A DNA stretch of 64,000 bases from Thermoplasmatota archaeon (lineage in GTDB: Archaea; Thermoplasmatota; Penumbrarchaeia; Penumbrarchaeales; Penumbrarchaeaceae), in contig JAWOCK010000098.1 in assembly GCA_046483845.1 (NCBI GenBank), positions 655 to 64,654 on the forward strand, given 5' to 3'. The number at the start of each line of letters is the position of its first letter. Position 1 is the stretch's first letter. Of the stretch, positions 56,775 to 64,000 are shown one piece after another. The notes under the pieces were generated by a model. That model did no database searches. It worked only from the letters and a program-made list of their open reading frames with translations, and was not told where the DNA came from. Both the position numbers and the translations under genes were made by a program.

Positions 56775-56830
56775 GGAGCCTTTATATGTTTGCAATTATT
56801 GGATAATTAGAACTAAAATGGTCCCGGCTC
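56775..56830. repeat. Direct repeat copy 2, overlapping the 3' end of tRNA-Tyr
   Basis: See copy 1. This copy is contiguous with the intact tRNA gene. Confidence 0.6.
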
Positions 56831-56934
56831 CCGGATTTGAACCGGGGGTCTAAGGATGTCTGCGGGGGGGCGGGGAGGAGCTCCCCGGGATCCAACTACA
56901 GTCCCCCGCTCTAGCCAGACTGAGCCAAGCCGGG
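56819..56934 (-). tRNA. tRNA-Tyr: tRNA-Tyr (anticodon GUA) with a 38-nt canonical-position intron (37/38) and encoded CCA
   Basis: Folded by hand on the minus strand. Acceptor CCCGGCT/AGCCGGG (7 bp), U8, D-arm GCTC-AGTCTGGCTA-GAGC (G18G19). Anticodon stem GGGGA/TCCTT with loop C-U-GUA-G|intron|A. Intron TTGGATCCCGGGGAGCTCCTCCCCGCCCCCCCGCAGAC. Variable loop AGACC, T-arm CCCGG-TTCAAAT-CCGGG, discriminator A, then CCA. Coordinates ±1-2. Confidence 0.8.
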
Positions 56935-57046
56935 TATGTTTGGTATCAGCCCTATTCAATCCTGATATATAAATGTTCGAGGAGTGATAACATATGAGAA
57001 TTTGACCAATAGGGTTTTCTATATTGGTACATTTAACAAGTTGGCT

Positions 57047-59899
57047 ATGAAAATGAACATTGGCTCCCGAAAGAAAGAGAGAACCATGGACCTCATCGAT
57101 AGGAAAGAGGAGCTGGCTCGGATCCAGGACATGATGAAAGGTGCGGAAAGTGGCAAAGGAGGTATGGTCCTCATCAAAGGCGAAGCCGGCATAGGCAAGA
57201 CCCGGCTCATAGATGAGGTGGCTAGGAGGGCGAAAGAGAGGGGATATTCGATCTATCGGGGGGCCTGTCTCCATTACAGAAGGTTCCCGTTATTCCCCTT
57301 CACAGAGATGATCAGGGATATCTACGATATAAGGAACGTTCCGATATCCGATGACATCAGAGCTTCCCTGGAGAAGAGGATCAAAAAGGTCCTTGGAACC
57401 GAAACATTACAGATCCGGGAGCTTTTAAAGCTGATCGAACCTGTGAACGATCCACTTGGAGCATACCGGTTCGACCTCGCTGACAAGGTCTCCTTGATCA
57501 AACAAATCCCTCCCATGGGTATGGAGGCAATATCCATTGGGAAACAAGGGAGTCAGCAGAACTTCATTCCGGATGAGAAAGACATCAAGTCCGTTGAATT
57601 GGGGGAAGGAAAGGAAAGTCTCGACCCGAAGAATGTTCAACTGCTGATCGATACCCTCGAAGGTTTCTTCGAAAGTAACCCCTACGGCATGGCGATCCTC
57701 CATTCATTCGATGAACTGGCCAAGGTAAACACCCGTAAGGAAATGAAGAGGTTCATAAAGAACATGGATGAGATCTCCAGGAAGAACAGTGGCGCCATCT
57801 TGTTCGGTTCGGTGGATCCCGAGGATGGTTTATTGAAGGAATTATCGGCATATGAGCCTTTCAAGGACGATAAAAGAACATCGGATATTACAGGGTCGGA
57901 TCCGGATGAGATCATGGGCTCACCAAACAGGATGATATCCTCCATATTCAACTCGCTGTCCGAGGATAACAAGAGCTTGATAATATTGGAGAACCTTCAA
58001 TGGGGGGACAAATCCACTCTCAACCTCCTTCATTACCTGGCAAGGGATGCAGCGGACAGGAACATGTTCATAATCGGCTCCTACCGAAGCGAGGAGCTCA
58101 ATCTGGAAGCGGATGGAGAAGAACAGGTACCGCTGAGGGATTCCCTTCAGCGGATGACGAGGGAGCACCTGTTCAGTACCTTGGAACTGGAAAGGTTCGA
58201 TAGGAAAAAGACATCAGAAATGGTAGAGTGCCTGATCGGGGAGAAACCCCGAAGAAGTCTGGTAGATGATGTGATGAAGGAAACAGATGGAAATCCCCTT
58301 TTCGTGATCGGTTACTTCAGCTCAGGGCTCCATGGCTTTTTTCCGGGGATGGTCCTGGATAACATCTTACCCGACCAAAAGACAATGATCACCATCAGGC
58401 TAAGGTCCCTAGACGAGAATGTAAGGGAAGCGTTGGAGCTTGCTTCCGTGATGAAAGACGATATTACAATAGAAGGTCTATCAAGGATCCTGGGAATGGA
58501 ACAGGGTAAGGTACTCGATATCATTGACGACCTGATGGTCCTCAAGTTCTTAAAGGAGAGCAATGAGGGTTTCATCTTCGAGCACGGAAAGGTAAGGAAG
58601 GTCATCTATGAAATGATGGATGAAGAGAGGAAGAAAGATCTGCACAGGAAGATCGCCCGGACATTGTATGGAAAGGGATTTGAAGATGACCCCGCAATGA
58701 TGTCTCGGGCATCCGAACATTATCTGATTGGCGGAGAGGAAAAAAAGGCGCTCGATCTGATACTCGCTCTATCGGAAAAACACAGAGACGATATACCAGC
58801 TGAGGTTCTGCTGGTTCATCTGAATAAAGCACTGGAGTGCATGGGTGACCTGGAGGGAGGAATGGACCGTCTCGACGACAGGGTCAGTATACTTCAGGAA
58901 AAGGGAGACATAGAAGAAAGGTGCGGGATGTTAAAGGAGGCAATGGGATCCTATCTGGAAGCGGTCCAGATAGCCGAAACGACCGGGATTTCCCATGACC
59001 TTGCCAGATCCTACAGGAAGATCGGGGATATGAAGTTGAGAATGTTCCAATGGGATCAGACCATCGATTTCTATCTCAGATCGCTCAACATCTCCAAGAA
59101 GGAGAAAAAACACATCGAGATATCCAAGGCTTTCAAAGGACTCGGGAACATCTACTTCTACAAAGGCGATTACTCCCGCTCCATTGAATGCTATCTGAAA
59201 TACATGGATTATCCAGAGAACCTCAAGGTTTCGGATCAGCTGGATTCCATGATCGGTATGGGAGACATATATTATCAGATGGGTGATTTCAATCAATCAT
59301 TGACCTATTTCAAGCTTGCTATCAGAAAATGCGATGAAGGAAAACTGGTCCCCTCCATTATATTGGCACACATGAAAATGGCAAAGGTCCTGTTGAGACT
59401 GGGAGAGGTTGAAGATTCCATCAGATTTGCCGAGGATGCATATTCCAGGATCGGGAACATATCGAACCGCCATGATTTCCAGCAGATCCTCATTTATTAT
59501 GTTGACCTGATGATAGAGGTCGGTGAAATGGAAAAAGCCCAGGAGGGCATCGACCAATTGGAGGACACGGTCTGGGGTATCTCCGATCTTCTCCTTGAGA
59601 CGCAGTGGCACAGGATAGTTGGTATCTTCCTTTCAAAACAAAGAAATTTCAAGGGCTCCATATACCACATGACCAAGGCACTCGAGATCCTGGAGAAGAT
59701 AGATATCCCGTTCCACACGGCATTGACATATTTCCATTTCGGACTGATCCGCTTCCAGCAGATGGACGTGGACGGTGCTCTGGAAATGCTGATCAAGGCA
59801 AATACAATATTCAAAAGGATAAAGGCATTGCATTACATCAGCAGAAGCTCATCCAAGCTCAGGGAGGTCGGCTTCATAAAGGAAGGTCTCAGAGGATAG
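57047..59899 (+). CDS. STAND/AAA_16-type P-loop NTPase with C-terminal TPR array and no recognisable DNA-binding or effector domain
   Basis: Walker A in LIKGEAGIGKTRLIDEVARRAKERG. Central helical region. C-terminal TPR-like repeats (…SYRKIGDMKLRMFQWDQTIDFYLRSL…AFKGLGNIYFYKGDYSRSIECYLK…IGMGDIYYQMGDFNQSLTYFKLAI…). The track ORF starts with GTG at 56984; ATG at 57047 or 57086 is more likely. Confidence 0.7.
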   Translation: MKMNIGSRKKERTMDLIDRKEELARIQDMMKGAESGKGGMVLIKGEAGIGKTRLIDEVARRAKERGYSIYRGACLHYRRFPLFPFTEMIRDIYDIRNVPISDDIRASLEKRIKKVLGTETLQIRELLKLIEPVNDPLGAYRFDLADKVSLIKQIPPMGMEAISIGKQGSQQNFIPDEKDIKSVELGEGKESLDPKNVQLLIDTLEGFFESNPYGMAILHSFDELAKVNTRKEMKRFIKNMDEISRKNSGAILFGSVDPEDGLLKELSAYEPFKDDKRTSDITGSDPDEIMGSPNRMISSIFNSLSEDNKSLIILENLQWGDKSTLNLLHYLARDAADRNMFIIGSYRSEELNLEADGEEQVPLRDSLQRMTREHLFSTLELERFDRKKTSEMVECLIGEKPRRSLVDDVMKETDGNPLFVIGYFSSGLHGFFPGMVLDNILPDQKTMITIRLRSLDENVREALELASVMKDDITIEGLSRILGMEQGKVLDIIDDLMVLKFLKESNEGFIFEHGKVRKVIYEMMDEERKKDLHRKIARTLYGKGFEDDPAMMSRASEHYLIGGEEKKALDLILALSEKHRDDIPAEVLLVHLNKALECMGDLEGGMDRLDDRVSILQEKGDIEERCGMLKEAMGSYLEAVQIAETTGISHDLARSYRKIGDMKLRMFQWDQTIDFYLRSLNISKKEKKHIEISKAFKGLGNIYFYKGDYSRSIECYLKYMDYPENLKVSDQLDSMIGMGDIYYQMGDFNQSLTYFKLAIRKCDEGKLVPSIILAHMKMAKVLLRLGEVEDSIRFAEDAYSRIGNISNRHDFQQILIYYVDLMIEVGEMEKAQEGIDQLEDTVWGISDLLLETQWHRIVGIFLSKQRNFKGSIYHMTKALEILEKIDIPFHTALTYFHFGLIRFQQMDVDGALEMLIKANTIFKRIKALHYISRSSSKLREVGFIKEGLRG

Positions 59900-59949
59900 T
59901 CTCGTTGGGAAAGATTATTTACCTACTGCTCGGTTACCTTGAAAACGGT

Positions 59950-61524
59950 ATGTCCTCTATCGTAAAAAATGTGCTGATCTCCGTGTCGGATAAGACCGGC
60001 CTGGAGATATTTGCCAGGGGTTTGAGCGAACTGGGTATTGACATTATCTCATCGGGAGGAACCTATAGGTTCCTCAGGGATAATGATATTGAATGCAGGC
60101 TTGTCGAGAACATAACGGGTTTCCCGGAGATCCTGGGTGGAAGGGTCAAGACACTTCATCCGAAGATATGCGGTGGCATCCTCGGTCGGAGGGACATTGA
60201 TGAGCATAGAAAGGAGATGGAGGAGCATAATATCATCCCGATCGATATGGTGGTGGTGGACCTCTATCCCTTCGAGAAGACCATAGAAAGGCAGGATGTG
60301 AAGGTTCAGGATGCCATAGAGAATATCGATATCGGGGGTCCGTCCCTTATACGATCTGCAGCCAAGAACTTCAGGGATGTGATCGTTGTCGTGGACCCGG
60401 CGGACCGGGATAGGGTGCTGGAAAAGCTCAGGTCGAAAGAAGAGATCGACCTGGATACAAGAAAGGACCTGGCGATAAAAGCATTCCAACTTTCTTCTTC
60501 CTATGATATCGCAATATACAACTGGATGCAGGAAGAATTCCATCCGGAAATGCCCTGGGGGGATTCCATAAGGGCCAGGTTCAACAAGGAAATGGACACC
60601 AGGTACGGCGAGAACCCGCACCAAAAGGGTGCCTATTTCTCTGAACCCGGGTTCAGCGGCATCTCCGTTGCCAACTCGGATGTCCTTTGGGGAAAGGAAC
60701 TGTCCTACAACAACATCTACGATGTGGATGCAGTAACCGACATATTGATGGAGTTCCCTGGTGAGGTCTGTTGCGCGATCATCAAGCACAACAACCCATC
60801 CGGTGTTGCGATCGCACCCGAAGGGAGCAACAGACCATTGGCTGATGCCTTCGAACTTGCTTTCAGCTGCGATCCGCTCAGTGCCTTCGGTGGCATAATC
60901 GGCCTGAGCCGTGAGTGCGATGGGGACACGGCCGAAAGGATCAACCAGAGGTTCTTTGAGGTCGTCGTAGCACCTGACTTCACCGAAGAGGCACTGAAGG
61001 AGCTGGAAAGAAAGAAGAACCTCAGGATCATAAGGACCAACAGGCCCATTATCGACACCACAACCCCAGAGAAGAGATGGGTGAAGATAAAGGGCGGCCT
61101 CCTTTTACAAACCATGGAGTGGCCTGAAGTGGACCCTTCAAAATGGAAGGTGGTTTCGAGGTCGGATCCCAGCGAGGAGCAGCTTGGGGACCTGGCCTTT
61201 GCCTCCAAGGTGGTCAAGCATGTGAAATCAAATTGTGTGGTCATGGCCAAGGGGAGAAGGACCGTGGGCATCGGTGCCGGGCAGATGAGCAGGGTGGACT
61301 CCTGTTTCATGGCAGGAAAGAAAGCTGGTGAAAATGCCAGGGGGTCGGTGCTCTCATCGGACGCGTTCTTCCCATTCCGTGACGGCATAGATGCGGTTGC
61401 GGAAACTGGTGTCCTCTCCATAGCTCAGCCGGGGGGCTCCATAAGGGACCAGGAAGTGATCGATGCTGTCGATGAACACGGCATGTCCATGGTCTTTACC
61501 GGTATCAGATTGTTCAAGCACTGA
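59950..61524 (+). CDS. purH: Bifunctional AICAR formyltransferase / IMP cyclohydrolase
   Basis: Start moved to MSSIVKNVLISVSDKTGLEIFARGL (MGS-like IMPCH domain). …KTLHPKICGGILGRRD…, C-terminal AICARFT blocks (…VVMAKGRRTVGIGAGQMSRVDS…). The listed ORF is over-extended 5'. Confidence 0.9.
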   Translation: MSSIVKNVLISVSDKTGLEIFARGLSELGIDIISSGGTYRFLRDNDIECRLVENITGFPEILGGRVKTLHPKICGGILGRRDIDEHRKEMEEHNIIPIDMVVVDLYPFEKTIERQDVKVQDAIENIDIGGPSLIRSAAKNFRDVIVVVDPADRDRVLEKLRSKEEIDLDTRKDLAIKAFQLSSSYDIAIYNWMQEEFHPEMPWGDSIRARFNKEMDTRYGENPHQKGAYFSEPGFSGISVANSDVLWGKELSYNNIYDVDAVTDILMEFPGEVCCAIIKHNNPSGVAIAPEGSNRPLADAFELAFSCDPLSAFGGIIGLSRECDGDTAERINQRFFEVVVAPDFTEEALKELERKKNLRIIRTNRPIIDTTTPEKRWVKIKGGLLLQTMEWPEVDPSKWKVVSRSDPSEEQLGDLAFASKVVKHVKSNCVVMAKGRRTVGIGAGQMSRVDSCFMAGKKAGENARGSVLSSDAFFPFRDGIDAVAETGVLSIAQPGGSIRDQEVIDAVDEHGMSMVFTGIRLFKH

Positions 61525-61668
61525 CAGCGTCAATGTTATTAGAGCAATGAAGTATCACCTCATAGACCACAACGGGTGAAACAGATGTCCGACGAGTCGA
61601 TCGATATTGAACCCACCATGCAGGAGATGACCATACAAACCTCAGGTTTCAGCATCACCACAGGAAAA

Positions 61669-62304
61669 ATGTCGGCCCTCGATGAGAAGAGGGAGAAAAA
61701 TAAAAAAAGGATCGCTGTTCTGGCATCCGGAAGGGGGACCGATTTCCAGGCAATAGTTGACGCATCCGAATCCGGGGAGGTTCACCTGAACATCGCCCTG
61801 CTGATCTGCAACAACAGCGACGCGTACGTCATAGATCGGGCAAAGGAACATTCCATACCTTATGTGGTGATCGACCACAGGAACAGGAAGCGCCAGGAAT
61901 TCGATAAGGAGATCGATGATCTACTGAGGAAGGAGAACATCGACCTCGTCGTGCTCGCGGGTTTCATGAGGATACTTTCCAGGTGGTTCGTGGTGCGTTG
62001 GAGGGACCGGATCATCAATATCCATCCCTCCTTGCTGCCGTCATTCCCGGGGGCGCACGCACACAGGGACGCATTGGAATATGGTGTCAAGGTAACCGGT
62101 CTTACTATCCATTTCGTGGATGAGGAGGTCGACCACGGTCCCATTATATTCCAATACCCCGTTATGATATTCGATGATGATGACGAGGAGAGCCTTTCGG
62201 GAAGAATACTGAAAGAGGAGCACAAATGGTACCCACGGATCATCCAATGGATCGTCGATGGAAGGGTCAAAAGGGACGGAAGAAAGGTAAGGGTCGATAA
62301 ATGA
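61669..62304 (+). CDS. purN: Phosphoribosylglycinamide formyltransferase
   Basis: [17 protein letters not shown], …[44 protein letters not shown]… (folate-binding / catalytic His-Asp region). Start chosen to give a canonical length of about 210 aa. Confidence 0.8.
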   Translation: MSALDEKREKNKKRIAVLASGRGTDFQAIVDASESGEVHLNIALLICNNSDAYVIDRAKEHSIPYVVIDHRNRKRQEFDKEIDDLLRKENIDLVVLAGFMRILSRWFVVRWRDRIINIHPSLLPSFPGAHAHRDALEYGVKVTGLTIHFVDEEVDHGPIIFQYPVMIFDDDDEESLSGRILKEEHKWYPRIIQWIVDGRVKRDGRKVRVDK

Positions 62305-62323
62305 ACGAAAGCGGGGAAACAGG

Positions 62324-64000
62324 ATGGACAGCGTATTCGATCTGAGGTCCGATTTCCAACCCGCAGGAGACCAGACCAAGGCAATAGAGGAGATAGTGGA
62401 GACCTTTGGACAAGGTGGTGATCATGTCACACTTCTCGGTGTCACCGGATCGGGGAAGACGTTCACCGTGGCCAATGTCATAGAAAGACTTGGTCTTCCC
62501 ACGCTTGTCATGAGCCACAACAAGACCCTTGCAGCCCAGCTGGCCTCCGAATACGGTGATTTCTTCCCCAACAACGCTGTGGAATACTTCGTTTCCTATT
62601 ACGATTATTATCAGCCGGAAGCCTATGTTCCTCAGAAGGACCTGTACATCGAGAAGGATGCCTCCATTAACGATGAGATAGACAGGTTGAGGCACAAAGC
62701 GACAATGTCCCTGATGACCAGAAAGGACGTGGTAATAGTATCATCGGTATCCTGCATTTTCGGTCTCGGCTCCCCTGAGGAATATTTGAAACACAGCATA
62801 GATCTCCAGAAAGGGCAGAGGATATTGAGAAAGGACCTCTATTCCTCCCTGGTGGAGATGCAGTACAGAAGAGCTGAATCACTGGAGAGGGGGACCTTCC
62901 GGGCAAGGGGCCAGATGATAGAGGTCTGCACCGCCGATCAGACAGTGGTCAGATTGGAGTTCTTCGGGGACAGGATAGATTCCATCAGCTATGTGCATCC
63001 TGTATCGGGAGAGGTGACAGAAGAGATCCAGAGGATCCTTATCTTTCCAGCCACCCATTACAACATATCATCGGAAAGGCTGGAAAGGATATTGGCCCGG
63101 ATAGAGAAGGACATGGAAGAGAGGGTTGGATGGTTCAAGAGACATGACAAGTTCCTTGAAGCGGAACGGCTCCAACAGAGGACCTTGTACGACCTGGAGA
63201 TGATCAGGGAGATGGGGAGCTGCTCCGGGATCGAGAACTACAGCCGTTACTTCGACGGCAGGAGACCGGGAGAGCCACCGTACACCCTCCTGGACTTCTT
63301 CCCCGATGAGTTCCTGCTGGTAATAGATGAATCGCATGTCACGGTTCCCCAGATAGGTGGAATGTACCAGGGTGATCGATCCAGGAAGGAGAACCTGGTC
63401 GAATATGGGTTCAGACTGCCCGCAGCACTTGATAATCGACCTCTGAAGTTCAGGGAGTTCGAGAAGAGGATCTCAAGGGTGCTTTACACATCCGCCACTC
63501 CCGGTTCATACGAGAACAAGAGATCCTGTAGGGTCGTCGAACAGATAATCAGACCTACCGGTCTGATCGATCCCGAGATCGAGGTCAGACCGGTCATGGG
63601 CCAGCTGGAGGACCTTCTGGGTGAGATAAGAAAAAGGGTGGGGTCAAAAGAGCGTGTGCTCGTAACCACCCTCACCAAGAGGATGGCAGAGATGCTGGCA
63701 GATCACCTGAAGGAGCTGGGTGTCAAGGTCCATTATCTTCATTCTGACGTGAAGACATTGGAGAGGATAGAGATCATCAGTGATCTGAGAAGAGGGAAGT
63801 ACGATGTCGTGGTGGGAATAAACCTTCTGAGAGAGGGGTTGGACCTGCCCGAGGTCTCCCTGGTGGCGATACTGGATGCGGACAAGGAAGGTTTTCTGAG
63901 GTCGGAGACCAGTTTGATACAGACCATCGGCAGGGCGGCAAGGAATGTATCCGGAAAGGTCATCATGTATGCGGATGGCATCACCGGTTCCATGGAACGG
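62324..64000 (+). CDS. uvrB: Excinuclease ABC subunit B (UvrB), 3' end beyond the window
   Basis: [25 protein letters not shown]…[18 protein letters not shown] (Walker A), …helicase motifs…[24 protein letters not shown] at the window edge. Open reading frame in frame 2 continues to nt 64000 without a stop, so it is absent from the ORF track. Confidence 0.85.
   Translation, partial: MDSVFDLRSDFQPAGDQTKAIEEIVETFGQGGDHVTLLGVTGSGKTFTVANVIERLGLPTLVMSHNKTLAAQLASEYGDFFPNNAVEYFVSYYDYYQPEAYVPQKDLYIEKDASINDEIDRLRHKATMSLMTRKDVVIVSSVSCIFGLGSPEEYLKHSIDLQKGQRILRKDLYSSLVEMQYRRAESLERGTFRARGQMIEVCTADQTVVRLEFFGDRIDSISYVHPVSGEVTEEIQRILIFPATHYNISSERLERILARIEKDMEERVGWFKRHDKFLEAERLQQRTLYDLEMIREMGSCSGIENYSRYFDGRRPGEPPYTLLDFFPDEFLLVIDESHVTVPQIGGMYQGDRSRKENLVEYGFRLPAALDNRPLKFREFEKRISRVLYTSATPGSYENKRSCRVVEQIIRPTGLIDPEIEVRPVMGQLEDLLGEIRKRVGSKERVLVTTLTKRMAEMLADHLKELGVKVHYLHSDVKTLERIEIISDLRRGKYDVVVGINLLREGLDLPEVSLVAILDADKEGFLRSETSLIQTIGRAARNVSGKVIMYADGITGSMER

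Noticed and set aside
62041-63337. Minus-strand ORFs (62041-62379, 62267-62695, 63068-63337, others) in the 62.3-64 kb region
   Set aside because: They overlap the unambiguous plus-strand uvrB reading frame, which runs to the window edge and therefore has no stop and is missing from the track. These are shadow ORFs.
1-64000. Search for CRISPR arrays, rRNA genes, transposases or integrases
   Set aside because: No regularly spaced direct repeats of 25-40 bp, no rRNA-like conserved stretches, and no DDE/tyrosine-recombinase-like ORFs were found. The only repeat structure is the tRNA-Tyr-associated duplication reported above.

Overview
This 64-kb window looks archaeal and gene-dense (about 55% GC, both strands used). 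Archaeal information-processing genes are present: TFB C-terminus, PCNA, the proteasome-activating nucleotidase PAN, an RPA1/RPA32-like pair, Elp3, a DtdA-type D-aminoacyl-tRNA deacylase, the ATP-grasp purine enzyme PurP, and an intron-containing tRNA-Tyr(GUA). Housekeeping genes include queA-tgt, folP, a type IA topoisomerase, iscS-iscU, metG, glyA, purH, purN, dus, a GlmU-like nucleotidyltransferase, and a 3'-truncated uvrB. Between them sits an unusual set of very large exported, membrane-anchored proteins with cytoplasmic tails, detailed as features. The most novel-looking candidate is the convergent gene pair at 4.7-10.5 kb: both carry exported thioredoxin-fold CxxC domains, and one is fused to a TlpA-like domain plus a CcdA/DsbD membrane electron conduit, which together look like a cell-surface thiol-disulfide relay. 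A second candidate is the lamin-tail-domain plus HKD (phospholipase D-fold) giant protein. Other points of interest are bacterial-type queuosine genes in an archaeal context, a tRNA-Tyr flanked by repeats carrying tRNA 3'-end fragments next to an effector-less STAND ATPase, a 570-bp noncoding gap, and PurP/PurH redundancy. No CRISPR array, rRNA or transposase was seen. Coordinates I derived by reading the sequence myself (tRNA, repeats, terminator, promoter) may be off by 1-2 nt.
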